DNA of 64,000 nt from Mobula hypostoma. Lineage: Eukaryota. How positions within the stretch are numbered: position 1 is the first letter of the stretch; every line of letters starts with the position of its first letter. Shown piece by piece: positions 12,700-24,957 of the stretch. The DNA is taken from contig NC_086107.1 in the NCBI RefSeq assembly GCF_963921235.1, positions 106,022,001 to 106,086,000 of the forward strand, given 5' to 3'. The notes under the pieces are model-generated. The model was not told the DNA's origin. It saw only the letters and a list, made by a program, of their open reading frames with translations, and ran no database searches. Made by a program: the position numbers and the translations under genes.

Positions 12700-13225
12700 A
12701 CAAAATACTCTGCAGATGCTGGGGTCAAAACAATACTCACAACACGCTGGAGGAACTCAGCAGGTCGGGCAGCATCCGTGGAAACAATCAGTCAACGTTT
12801 CGGGTTGGAACCCTTCATCAGGACTGTAGGGGGAAGGGGCAGAGGCCCTATAAAGAAGGTGGGGGAGGGTGGGAAGGAGAAGGCTGGTAGGTTCCAGGTG
12901 AAAAACCAGTAAGGGGAAAGATAAAGGGGTGGGGGAGTGGAAACAGGGAGAGGATAGGCAGGAAAGGTGAAGAAGGAATAGGGGAAAACACAATGGGTAG
13001 TAGATGGAGGCGGAACCGTGAGGGAGGTGATAGGCAGCTGGGGGAGGGGGCAGAGTGTAAAGGGGATAGGGGAACGGAGGGGGAGGAAATTACTGGAATT
13101 CCCTCTTCACTACCCTCCCCCCACCTTCTTTATAGGGCCTCTGTGCCTTCCCTCTTCAGTCCTGACGAAGGGTTCCGGCCCGAAACGTTGACTCATTGTT
13201 TTGACGCATTTTGTGTGTGTTGCTC
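12700..13225. mobile_element. Penelope-derived repeat with inverted arms, each carrying a hammerhead motif
   Basis: 12790-12825 (minus, CTGATGA..GAAACGTT) and 13158-13193 (plus, CTGACGA..GAAACGTT). The arms at about 12785-12870 and 13110-13200 are reverse-complementary. Confidence 0.75.
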
Positions 13226-13747
13226 CTGTCATTGTACAGAATATTCCAGATTCAGGGTCAGATGAATTGTCGATGACTTACGTGAGGTGAAATTTGTTGT
13301 TTTGCAGCAGCAGAGCAGTGAAGAAATAAAATTACCATAAATTACTAAAGCAAACCAATTATGCGCAAAAGAGAAATGAGGTAGTGTTGGCTGTTCAGAG
13401 ATCCTTCAGAAATCTGATACTGGAGAGGTAAAAGCAGTTTCTGAATCGTTGAGTATGGGTCTTCAGACTCCTGTACCTCCTCGCCGACAATATTCCCTCT
13501 AATTTGTAATGACCAATGAGCGCAAAGATCTTGCGCTGCGCAGTTTGTTGCCCGGTGACAACAACAAGTGTGAATCAATAAGTTCTTCAATTAAAACAGT
13601 ATAAATAAGCCAGTTCTAAACTCTGCGGACAAATCATCACAAACTCCACATTGTCAACACTGTCCACATCAGAAAGCAGAAAAGGAAATATGATTGTATA
13701 TGATTGTGAAATATATTTAACATGCCAATGAGGTAGAGGGTGACACT

Positions 13748-13752
13748 GTGTG

Positions 13753-13797
<45 letters not shown>

Positions 13798-16700
13798 AGT
13801 GTGTGTGTGTAGATTGTGGTGTGTGTGGTGTGTGTGTGTGTGTGTGTGGTGTGTGTGTGTGGGGGGAGCACATGGAGGTTGTGTTGTGTCTGTGGGTGCT
13901 GTGTGGTGTGTGGGGGGAGGAGGACACGGGAGTGGTGTTGTGTCTGTGGGTGGTGTGTGTGTGTAGATTGTGGTGTGTGTGGTGTGTGTGTGTGTGTGTG
14001 TGTGAGAGTGTGTGTGTGTGGAGATTGTGGTGTGTGTGTGTGTGTGTGTGTGTGTGAGAGTGTGTGTGTGTGTAGATTGTGGTGTGTGTGGTGTGTGTGG
14101 GGGGAGCACAGGGGAGTGGTGTTGTGTCTGTGGGTGGTGTGTGTGTGGGGGGAGCACAGGGGAGTGGTGTTGTGTCTGTGGGTGGTGTGTGTGGGGGGGA
14201 GCACAGGGGAGTGGTGTTGTGTCTGTGGGTGGTGTGTGTGTGGGGGGAGCACAGGGGAGTGGTGTTGTGTCTGTGGGTGGTGTGTGTGTGGGGGGGAGCA
14301 CAGGGGAGTGGTATTGTGTCTGTGGGTGGTGTGTGTGTGGGGGGAGCACAGGGGAGTGGTGTTGTGTCTGTGGGTGGTGTGTGTGTGGGGGGAGCACAGG
14401 GGAGTGGTGTTGTGTCTGTGGGTGGTGTGTGTGGGGGGGAGCACAGGGGAGTGGTGTTGTGTCTGTGGGTGGTGTGTGTGTGGGGGAGCACAGGGGAGTG
14501 GTGTTGTGTCTGTGGGTGGTGTGTGTGTGGGGGGAGCACAGGGGAGTGGTGTTGTGTCTGTGGGTGGTGTGTGTGTGGGGGGAGCACAGGGGAGTGGTGT
14601 TGTGTCTGTGGGTGGTGTGTGTGTGGGGGGAGCACAGGGGAGTGGTGTTGTGTCTGTGGGTGGTGTGTGTGTGGGGGGAGCACAGGGGAGTGGTGTTGTG
14701 TCTGTGGGTGGTGTGTGTGTGGGGGGAGCACAGGGGAGTGGTGTTGTGTCTGTGGGTGGTGTGTGTGTGGGGGGAGCACATGGAGGTTGTGTTGTGTCTG
14801 TGGGTGGTGTGTGTGTGTGGGGGGAGCACATGGAGGTTGTTTTGTGTCTGTGGGGGGAGCACAGGGGAGTGGTGTTGTGTCTGTGGGTGGTGTGTGTGTG
14901 GGGGGAGCACAGGGGAGTGGTGTTGTGTCTGTGGGTGGTGGGTGTGTGGGGGGAGCACAGGGGAGTGGTGTTGTGTCTGTGGGTGGTGTGTGTGTTGGGG
15001 GAGCACAGGGGAGTGGTATTGTGTCTGTGGGTGGTGTGTGTGTGGGGGGAGCACAGGGGAGTGGTGTTGTGTCTGTGGGTGGTGTGTGTGTTGGGGGAGC
15101 ACAGGGGAGTGGTATTGTGTCTGTGGGTGGTGTGTGTGTGGGGGGAGCACAGGGGAGTGGTGTTGTGTCTGTGGGTGGTGTGTGTCTGGGGGGAGCACAG
15201 GGGAGTGGTGTTGTGTCTGTGGGTGGTGTGTGTGGGGGGGAGCACAGGGGAGTGGTGTTGTGTCTGTGGGTGGTGTGTGTGTGGGGGAGCACAGGGGTGT
15301 GGTGTTGTGTCTGTGGGTGGTGTGTGTGTGGGGGGAGCACAGGGGAGTGGTGTTGTGTCTGTGGGTGGTGTGTGTGTGGGGGGAGCACAGGGGAGTGGTG
15401 TTGTGTCTGTGGGTGGTGTGTGTGTGGGGGGAGCACAGGGGAGTGGTGTTGTGTCTGTGGGTGGTGTGTGTGTGGGGGGAGCACAGGGGAGTGGTGTTGT
15501 GTCTGTGGGTGGTGTGTGTGGGGGGGAGCACAGGGGAGTGGTGTTGTGTCTGTGGGTGGTGTGTGTGTGGGGGGAGCACAGGGGAGTGGTGTTGTGTCTG
15601 TGGGTGGTGTGTGTGGGGGGAGCACAGGGGAGTGGTGTTGTTTCTGTGGGTGGTGTGTGTGGGGGGAGCACAGGGGAGTGGTGTTGTGTCTGTGGGTGGT
15701 GTGTGTGTGGGGGGAGCACAGGGGAGTGGTGTTGTGTCTGTGGGTGGTGTGTGTGTGGGGGGAGCACATGGGAGTGGTGTTGTGTCTGTGGGTGGTGTGT
15801 GTGTGGGGGGAGCACAGGGGAGTGGTGTTGTGTCTGTGGGTGGTGTGTGTGTGGGGGGAGCACATGGGAGTGGTGTTGTGTCTGTGGGTGGTGTGTGTGT
15901 GGGGGGAGCACAGGGGAGTGGTGTTGTGTCTGTGGGTGGTGTGTGTGTGGGGGGAGCACAGGGGAGTGGTGTTGTGTCTGTGGGTGGTGTGTGTGTGGGG
16001 GGAGCACAGGGGAGTGGTGTTGTGTCTGTGGGTGGTGTGTGTGTGGGGGGAGCACAGGGGAGTGGTGTTGTGTCTGTGGGTGGTGTGTGTGTGGGGGGAG
16101 CACAGGGGAGTGGTGTTGTGTCTGTGGGTGGTGTGTGTGTGGGGGGAGCACAGGGGAGTGGTGTTGTGTCTGTGGGTGGTGTGTGTGTGGGGGGAGCACA
16201 GGGGAGTGGTGTTGTGTCTGTGGGTGGTGTGTGTGTGGGGGAGCACAGGGGAGTGGTGTTGTGTCTGTGGGTGGCGTGTGTGTGGGGGGAGCACAGGGGA
16301 GTGGTGTTGTGTCTGTGGGTGGTGTGTGTGTGGGGGGAGCACAGGGGAGTGGTGTTGTGTCTGTGGGTGGTGTGTGTGTGGGGGAGCACAGGGGAGTGGT
16401 GTTGTGTCTGTGGGTGGTGTGTGTGTGGGGGGAGCACAGGGGAGTGGTGTTGTGTCTGTGGGTGGTGTGTGTGTGGGGGGAGCACAGGGGAGTGGTGTTG
16501 TGTCTGTGGGTGGTGTGTGTGGGGGGGAGCACAGGGGAGTGGTGTTGTGTCTGTGGGTGGTGTGTGTGTGGGGGAGCACAGGGGAGTGGTGTTGTGTCTG
16601 TGGGTGGTGTGTGTGTGGGGGGAGCACAGGGGAGTGGTGTTGTGTCTGTGGGTGGTGTGTGTGTGGGGGGAGCACAGGGGAGTGGTGTTGTGTCTGTGGG

Positions 16701-17927
16701 TGGTGTGTGTGTGGGGGAGCACAGGGGAGTGGTGTTGTGTCTGTGGGTGGTGTGTGTGTGGGGGGAGCACAGGGGAGTGGTGTTGTGTCTGTGGGTGGTG
16801 TGTGTGTGGGGGGAGCACAGGGGAGTGGTGTTGTGTCTGTGGGTGGTGTGTGTGTGGGGGGAGCACAGGGGAGTGGTGTTGTGTCTGTGGGTGGTGTGTG
16901 TGTGGGGGGAGCACAGGGGAGTGGTGTTGTGTCTGTGGGTGGTGTGTGTGTGGGGGGAGCACAGGGGAGTGGTGTTGTGTCTGTGGGTGGTGTGTGTGTG
17001 GGGGGAGCACAGGGGAGTGGTGTTGTGTCTGTGGGTGGTGTGTGTGTGGGGGAGCACAGGGGAGTGGTGTTGTGTCTGTGGGTGGTGTGTGTGTGGGGGA
17101 GCACAGGGGAGTGGTGTTGTGTCTGTGGGTGGTGTGTGTGTGGGGGGAGCACAGGGGAGTGGTGTTGTGTCTGTGGGTGGTGTGTGTGTGGGGGGAGCAC
17201 AGGGGAGTGGTGTTGTGTCTGTGGGTGGTGTGTGTGGGGGGGAGCACAGGGGAGTGGTGTTGTGTCTGTGGGTGGTGTGTGTGTGGGGGGAGCACAGGGG
17301 AGTGGTGTTGTGTCTGTGGGTGGTGTGTGTGTGGGGGGAGCACAGGGGAGTGGTGTTGTGTCTGTGGGTGGTGTGTGGTGTGTGTGGGGGGAGGAGGACA
17401 TGGGAGTGGTGTTGTGTCTGTGGGTGGTGTGTGTGTGGGGGGAGCACAGGGGAGTGGTGTTGTGTCTGTGGGTGGTGTGTGTGTGGGGGGAGCACATGGA
17501 GGTTGTGTTGTGTCTGTGGGTGGTGTGTGGTGTGTGGGGGGAGGAGGACACGGGAGTGGTGTTGTGTCTGTGGGTGGTGTGTGTGTGGGGGGAGCACAGG
17601 GGAGTGGTGTTGTGTCTGTGGGTGGTGTGTGTGTGGGGGGAGCACATGGAGGTTGTGTTGTGTCTGTGGGTGGTGTGTGGTGTGTGGGGGGAGGAGGACA
17701 CGGGAGTGGTGTTGTGTCTGTGGGTGGTGTGTGTGTGGGGGGAGCACAGGGAGGTTGTGTTGTGTCTGTGGGTGGTGTGTGTGTGGGGGGAGCACAGGGA
17801 GGTTGTGTTGTGTCTGTGGGTGGTGTGTGTGTGGGGGGAGCACATGGAGGTTGTGTTGTGTCTGTGGGTGGTGTGTGTGTGGGGGGGGGAGCACATGGAG
17901 GTTGTGTTGTGTCTGTGGGTGGTGGGT
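13748..17927. repeat. G-rich minisatellite, 48-bp unit, roughly 80 copies, preceded by (GT)n
   Basis: Unit GAGCACAGGGGAGTGGTGTTGTGTCTGTGGGTGGTGTGTGTGTGGGGG. Gives 16-aa periodicity in all six ORF frames. Confidence 0.97.
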
Positions 17928-17970
17928 GGAGCTGGTAGGCCTGAGCTCTGAACCACGGCCGCTCTCCTAC

Positions 17971-18062
17971 CTGGAGAAACCCGACGACGGTAACCGGGGC
18001 GGACTGGATGAAAGCTTCAGCACTGGGCACGTCGTTCAGCACTCGCGCCGATTGCTCCTTAT
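17971..18062 (-). CDS. ERP27: ERP27-like coding exon 2 (start of thioredoxin-like b domain)
   Basis: Acceptor TGTTTTACAG, donor GTAGGA, 92 bp. (D)KEQSARVLNDVPSAEAFIQSAPVTVVGFLQ resembles human ERP27 LTDVPAAMEFIAATEVAVIGFFQ (recalled from memory). Confidence 0.9.
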
Positions 18063-18521
18063 CTGTAAAACAAACTCCCAGTGACTCCCGGCGCTGATGC
18101 AGGAGACCCCCCCCCCCAGAAAACCCGTCAAAAACGAGTTTGTCCCTCAACAGTAGAGGATACTGTATTCCAGGAGGGGAGGAAGATTCTGCTGAGGGAG
18201 AATCCATTCCTCAAAATGGAATCACAGACTCAAGCGTGTGGAAGTTGAGGGGAAGTGGTGAGAGGGTTTGACGTTGGTTAGTGTTACTGACTTCATCAGC
18301 TTTGCGGAGGTGTTGGAAGGGCAGCTGGAATTACTGATGTGATGAGTGGCTTAGAGTGGGTGTCCATTCATGTCAGTCTGGGCTAGAGGAGAGACCACCG
18401 TCCTCACTAACCTCTGATCCCCAGACACGTTAGCACTGATGGTCCGCTGTGAGCACAAACAAGGCATGGAAGACATCAGCATGCACCAAAATCCTCTGCG
18501 AAGACAGACCGGGGAACAATG

Positions 18522-19540
18522 CAGTACCCTCCCTCCGACAGCGAGACACTCCCTCAGTACTGTCCCTCCGACAGCGAGACACTCCCTCAGTACTGTCCCT
18601 CTGACAGTGAGACACTCCCTCCGTATCGTCCCTCCGACAGTGTGACACTCCCTCGGTACCGTCCCTCCGACAGTGTGACACTCCCTCGGTACCGTCCCTC
18701 CGACAGTGAGGCACTCCCTCGGTACCGTCCCTCCGACAGTGAGACACTCCCTCGGTACCGTCCCTCTGACAGTGAGACACTCCCTTGGTACCGTCCTCCT
18801 GACAGTGTAACACTCCCTCAGTACTGTCCCTCTGACAGTGTGACACTCCCTCAGTACTGTCCCTCCGACAGTGTGACACTCCCTCGGTACCGTCCCTCCG
18901 ACAGTGAGACACTCCCTCAGTACTGTCCCTCCGACAGTGTGACACTCCCTCGGTACCGTCCCTCTGGGTACTGTCTCTCTGACAGTGTGACACTCCCTCG
19001 GTACTGTCCCTCCGACAGTGTGGCGCCCCCTCGGTACCGTCCCCCCCGACGGTGAGGCGCCCCCTCGGTACCGTCCCCCCAACGGTGAGGCGTCCCCTTG
19101 GTACCGTCCCCCCGACGGTGAGGCGCCCCCTCTGTACCGTCCCCCCCCAACGGTGAGGCGTCCCCTCGGTACCGTCTCCCCCCCGACGGTGAGGCGCCCC
19201 CTCTGTACCGTACGGTGAGGCGTCCCCTCTGTACCGTCCCCCCCCAACGGTGAGGCGTCCCCTCACGGTGAGGCGCCCCCTCGGTACCGTCGCCCCCCCG
19301 ACGGTGAGGCGCCCCCTCTGTACCGTCCCCCCGACGGTGAGGCGTCCCCTCGGTACCGTCTGAGGCGCCCCCTCGGTACCGTCCCCCGGACAGTGAGGCG
19401 CCCCCTCGGTACCGTCCCCCCGACGGTGAGGCGCCCTCTCGGTACCGACCCCCGACGGTGAGGCGCCCCCTCGGTACCGTCCCCCCGACAGTGAGGCGCC
19501 CCCTCGGTACTGTCCCCCCCGATGGTGAGGTACTCCTTCA
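18522..19540. repeat. 33-bp minisatellite, about 30 copies, probably SINE-derived
   Basis: Unit CTCGGTACCGTCCCTCCGACAGTGTGACACTCC, with 11-aa ORF periodicity. Confidence 0.95.
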
Positions 19541-19965
19541 ATGTCTCTCTGGGAGCCCCAACTTGGATTATAAATTGAAGACTAACTCAGCTGCAATAGA
19601 CGACCCCACTAAAGCAAAACTGACAATCAATAGGTTTATCTTGATAATAACTTCACAAGGTTGTGATATTTTAAGCTGCTGTTGTTTTACGTCGTGGTGC
19701 ATTGTAGCTGCTGAGTAGTTAGCCTGCTCCTTAGTCTTTCATCCACTCATGAGTAATTGTTCTGCTCAGCTTATTTTCAAAATAATAACTCGTGCACTTT
19801 AGGCACCGGGTTTCTCCCATTTTTCTCTGAGTTCGACAACATTACAGAGTATAGATTGAGAGATAGATTGTTCTAGAAGGATGCCATAGTGAAAACATTA
19901 TATTTGAAAGGTGGGGGAGGGGAGGGAGAAACGCCAGGCTCAAAGCTAAAAAAAAAATCTACTTC

Positions 19966-22827
19966 AAACAACAGGAATTCTGCAGATGCTGGAAATTCAA
20001 GCAACACACATCAAAGTTGCTGGTGAACGCAGCAGGCCAGGCAGCATCTCTAGGAAGAGGTGCAGTTGACATTTCAGGCCGAGACCCTTCGTCAGGACTA
20101 ACTGAAGGAAGAGTGAGTAAGAGATTTGAAAGTTGGAGGGGGAGGGGGAGATCCAAAATGATAGGAGAAGACAGGAGGGGGAGGGATGGAGCCGAGAGCT
20201 GGACAGGTGATAGGCAAAAGGGGATATGAGAGGATCATAGGACAGGAGGTCCGGGAAGAAAGACAAGGGGGGGGGGACCCAGAGGATGGGCAAGAGGTAT
20301 ATTCAGAGGGACAGAGGGAGAAAAAGGAGAGTGAGAGAAAGAATGTGTGTATAAAAATAAGTAACGGATGGGGTACGAGGGGGAGGTGGGGCCTAACGGA
20401 AGTTAGAGAAGTCGATGTTCATGCCATCAGGTTGGAGGCTACCTAGACGGAATATAAGGTGTTGTTCCTCCAACCTGAGTGTGGCTTCATCTTTACAGTA
20501 GAGGAGGCCGTGGATAGACATGTCAGAATGGGAATGGGATGTGGAATTAAAATGCGTGGCCACTGGGAGATCCTGCTTTCTCTGGCGGACAGAGCGTAGG
20601 TGTTCAGCAAAGCGGTCTCCCAGTCTGCGTCGGGTCTCGCCAATATATAAAAGGCCACATCGGGAGCACCGGACGCAGTATATCACCCCAGTCGACTCAC
20701 AGGTGAAGTGATGCCTCACCTGGAAGGACTGTTTGGGGCCCTGAATGGTGGTAAGGGAGGAAGTGTAAGGGCATGTGTAGCACTTGTTCCGCTTACACGG
20801 ATAAGTGCCAGGAGGGAGATCAGTGGGGAGGGATGGGGGGGACGAATGGACAAGGGAGTTGAGTAGGGAGCGATCCCTGCGGAATGCAGAGAGATGGGGG
20901 GAGGGAAAGATGTGCTTAGTGGTGGGATCCCGTTGGAGGTGGTGGAAGTTACGGAGAATAATATGTTGGACCCGGAGGCTGGTGGGGTGGTAGGTGAGGA
21001 CCAGGGGAACCCTATTCCTAGTGGGGTGGCGGGAGGATGGAGTGAGAGCAGGTGTACGTGAAATGGGGGAGATGCGTTTAAGAGCAGAGTTGATAGGGGA
21101 GGAAGGGAAGCCCCTTTCTTTAAAAAAGGAAGACATCTCCTTCGTCCTAGAATGAAAAGCCTCATCCTGAGAGCAGATGCGGCGGAGACGGAGGAATTGC
21201 AAGAGGGGGATGACGTTTTTGCAAGAGACAGGGTGAGAAGAGGAATAGTCCAGATAGCTGTGAGAGTCAGTAGGCTTATAGTAGACATCAGTGGATAAGC
21301 TGTCTCCAGAGACAGAGACAGAAAGATCTGGAAAGTGGAGGGAGGTGTCAGAAATGGACCAGGTAAACTTGAGGGCAGGGTGAAAGTTGGAGGCAAAGTT
21401 AATAAAGTCAACGAGCTCAGCATGCATGCAGGAAGCAGCGCCAATGCAGTCGTCGATGTAGCGAAGGAAAAGCGGGGGACAGATACCAGAATAGGCACGG
21501 AACATAGATTGTTCCACAAACCCAACAAAAAGGCAGGCATAGCTAGGACCCATACGGGTGCCCATAGCTACACCTTTAGTTTGGAGGAAGTGGGAGGAGC
21601 CAAAGGAGAAATTATTAAGAGTAAGGACTAATTCCGCTAGACGGAGCAGAGTGGTGGTAGAGGGGAACTGATTAGGTCTGGAATCCAAAAAGAAGCGTAG
21701 AGCTTTGAGACCTTCCTGATGGAGGATGGAAGTATATAGGGACTGGACATCCATGGTGAAAATAAAGCGGTGGGGGCCAGGGAACTTAAAATCATCGAAA
21801 AGTTTAAGAGAGTGAGAAGTGTCACGAACATAGGTCGGAAGGGATTGAACAAGGGGTGATAAAACAGTGTCGAGGTATGCAGAAACGAGTTCGGTGGGGC
21901 AGGAGCAAGCTGAGACAGGCAGGTTTGTGGATCTTGGGTAGGAGGTAGAAACGGGAAGTGCGGGGTGTGGGAACTATAAGGTTGGTAGCAGTGGATGGGA
22001 GATCCCCTGAGCGGATAAAGTCGGTGATGGTGTGGGAGACAATGGCCTGGTGCTCCTTAGTGGGGTCACGATCGAGGGGTAAATAAGAGGAGGTATCCAC
22101 GAGTTGTCGCTGTGCCTCGGCAAGGTGGAAGTCAGTACGCCAGACTACAACAGCACCACCCTTATCGGCGGGTTTAATAATAAGGTTAGGATTAGTGCGG
22201 AGGGAGTGGAGAGCAGAGTGTTCCGAAGGAGTGAGGTTGGAATGGGGACAAGGTGCGGTGAAGTCGAGACGGTTGATGTCCCGTCGGCAGTTAGCGATAA
22301 AGAGATCCAGAGCAGGCAGAAGACCAGAGCGGGAATATGAAGAAGAGGAGGGTTGAAGACGGGAGAAGGGGTCATCGGTGGGGGTGGAAGAGTCCTTGCC
22401 GAAGAAGTAGGCTCGGAGACGGAGACGGCGGAAGAAAAGTTCCGCATCGTGGCGAACACGGAACTCGCTGAGGTGTGGGCGAAGGGGGACAAACGTGAGG
22501 CCCTTACTGAGAACAGAGCGTTCTGCCTCCGACAGTTGAAGGTGGGAGGGGATGGTAAAGACCCGGCACGGATGAGAGCTGGGATCAGAGGGGGGAGGGG
22601 GGAGGCTGGGGGTGTCAATGGAGAGGGGAGGGTTGGAGTGAGAGGAAGATGGAGCCTCTGAGGGCCCAGGAGTTGACGATGGGATCTGAGGAAGACGGGG
22701 CTGCGGAGTGGTGGTGGGGGAAGGGGAGACGGGAGTCACAACAGCAGCACATAAAGACCAGGCCTGGAGTTCAAGGCTGGAGTCACAGTTGGTGGTTGCG
22801 CAGTTTTTTTTCTCCAGTTCTCCCATA
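19966..22827 (-). mobile_element. Penelope-like retroelement (Neptune-type), 5'-truncated; RT + GIY-YIG endonuclease, one frameshift
   Basis: ORFs 21822-22964 and 20393-21754 carry IKPADKGGAVVV, FYLLPKIHK, MDVQSLYTSI, GVAMGTRMGP, FLRYIDD, a CKRNKCYTC linker, and VIYCVRC...LYIGET...RFAEH. The frames are split near 21915, where the expected PGRPIVS is deleted. Confidence 0.92.
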
Positions 22828-22968
22828 GGGTTTCGGCCCGAAGCATCAACTGTACTCTTTTTCCATAGATGCTGCCTAGCCTGCTGAGTTCCTCCAGCAT
22901 TTTGTGTGTGTTGCTCGAATTTCCAGCATCTGCAGATTTTCTCTTGTTTGTGCTGAACAATCATTCAG

Positions 22969-23148
22969 GGGCCCTGTGCCCTGAATGATGAAATATCAGT
23001 CCTAGGCCCTGTACCCTGAATGATGAAATATCAGTCCTAGGCCCTGTACCCTGAATGATGAAATATCAGTCCTAGGCCCTGTACCCTGAATGATGAAATA
23101 TCAGTCCTAGGCCCTGTACCCTGAATGATGAAATATCAGTCCTGGGCC
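22969..23148. repeat. 35-bp tandem repeat, 5 copies
   Basis: Unit AGGCCCTGTACCCTGAATGATGAAATATCAGTCCT; CTGAATG recurs at 22981, 23016, 23051, 23086 and 23121. Confidence 0.95.
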
Positions 23149-23769
23149 GTGTGCGAAACATAACAAACTCTTTAGTTTTTGGCTCTTGGTTATTGTGTTA
23201 ATGGACAGTAGGCCTTTACTCCATGAAATGAAATAATCAAACAGGGCTGTGAGCCTTGTGTACTGAACATTGTGATTTGTCTCATACCAGGAGGTTGACA
23301 CAATAAGTAGTAGGGTCAGTCAGCACCTGAGGTGGGAAATGGAAAATTCGACTGTTCATTTCCCTCCATAGATGCTGCCTGAGCTGCCGAGTTCCTCCAG
23401 CAGTTTACTTATTTATTTATTGAGATACAGCGCGGAATAGGCCCTTCAAGCCTTTCACGCCACACTGCCCAGTAATCCCCCGATTTAATCCCAGCCTAAT
23501 CACGGGACAATTCACAATGACCAATTAACCTACCAACCGGTATGTCTGTGGACTGAGGGAGGAAACTGGAGCACCCAGAGAAAACCCACACAGTCACAGG
23601 GAGAACGTACAAACTCCTTACAGACAGCGACGGGAACGGAATCTGGGTCACTGGGTTAACCACTATGCTACCATGCCGCCCGTATCTCACGTGATGCTTA
23701 AGATTCCAGCAGTCTCCTGGGCCTTTTGTTCCGAAGCTGTCTGTCCTGGGCTCTGGAAAATGAATTAGC

Positions 23770-24047
23770 AGCCCAGGGTCCTGTATATTGTACTTCCAGA
23801 CCTGGGCCCTGTCTACTGAACTACCGGCCCTGGGCCCTGTATAATGAACTACCGGCCCTGGGGCCCAGTCTACTGAACTACCAGCCCTGGGCCCTGTATA
23901 ATGAACTACCGGCCCTGGGCCCTGTATAATGAACTACCGGCCCTGGGCCCTGTATACTGAACTACTGGCCCTGGGCCCTGTATAATGAACTACCTACCCT
24001 GGGCCCTGTTTACTGAACTACTGGCCCTGGGCCCTGTATAATGAACG
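23770..24047. repeat. 28-bp tandem repeat, about 9 copies
   Basis: Unit GGCCCTGGGCCCTGTATAATGAACTACC. Confidence 0.93.
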
Positions 24048-24302
24048 TTAGCCTTGGGGTTTCTTCTCTGGTTTAATTCACAGAATAGATTCAGGGGTTG
24101 GGGGTGGTTCAAGACAGGTCTGGAGTCCAGTCTAGGCACCCAGCCCCAGTGCTCTACAGGCAGTTCGCACCCTTTCCAGCTCGGTGGCATTCTTCCTGTA
24201 GCAGGTGAACAGAATCATGCACAAAACTCCAAGAGCAGTTTCACCAACATCCCATAGAGTTGTGACATGATGCCCCAACTCTTGCTTCAAAGCTCTAATT
24301 AC

Positions 24303-24957
24303 CAGACTGCAAAAACTCATTTCAGGGAGGTAGCATCATCAATTTGCGGGAGACTTCCCGGAGAGGTGGGATGTCTGCAACAGAGTAGCTCCTTAGCAGC
24401 TAACCAGCTAGTTCAAATAACGTTAGCTATGCTAATGAACGAATGACACCTGTTAAAGGGTCTCGGCCTGAAACGTCGACTGCGCCTCTTCCTATAGATG
24501 CTGCCTGGCCTGCTGCGTTCACCAGCAACTTTGATGTATGTTGCTTGAATTTCCAGCATCTGCAGAATTCCTGTTGTAAACTCACCTCAACATGTCTTTT
24601 ACAGTCTAACCCACCATGGGCAATAGAAGAGTCACTGTTGCAAACAGTGCAGCGAGCAACACTGTCATTATTTTTGACCCCTATTAGACAGGGGTACACT
24701 TTAGTGTAGTCTGGGGGGACGTACGTTTTATATTTTCTTTTTGGAACACTCTGCCACTCTGACTTTTTTTGGAACTCTCTTGCTCTCGCTCTCTCTCTAT
24801 CGCGCACATGCGCGCTCTCTCGCTCGTGGTCGCTCTCACTCGCGCTCGCTCTAAAAAAAATCAATTTCTGGGACATTGTATATAATTTGCGGGCACCAGG
24901 GAGCCACTATTAATTTGCAGGAGACTCCCGGACTTTCCGGGAGAGGTGGGATGTCTG
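24303..24957 (-). mobile_element. Non-autonomous DNA transposon (hAT-like) with Zn-finger transposase remnant
   Basis: Termini CAGAC...GTCTG. AATTAC duplicated at 24297-24302 and 24958-24963. Internal KRKYK...ARCTVCNSDSSIAHGGLDCKRHVE is followed by a GTGAGT donor. Interrupted by a PLE piece at about 24455-24575. Confidence 0.65.

Noticed and set aside
13748..17927. Resemblance to an immunoglobulin switch region (G-rich ~49-bp units) or a CRISPR array
   Set aside because: No AGCT hotspots in the unit, no Ig exons nearby, and no unique spacers or cas genes.
13587..18207. 1290-1496 aa ORFs in all six frames (mucin-like or Cys/Gly-rich)
   Set aside because: Artefact of a stop-free 48-bp minisatellite. 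It is open in every frame with frame-switching indels. Only 17971-18062 is a real exon.
22969..23148. TGATGA and CTGA in the 35-bp repeat as C/D snoRNA boxes
   Set aside because: The unit is too short, perfectly tandem, on the non-host strand, and has no evident guide.
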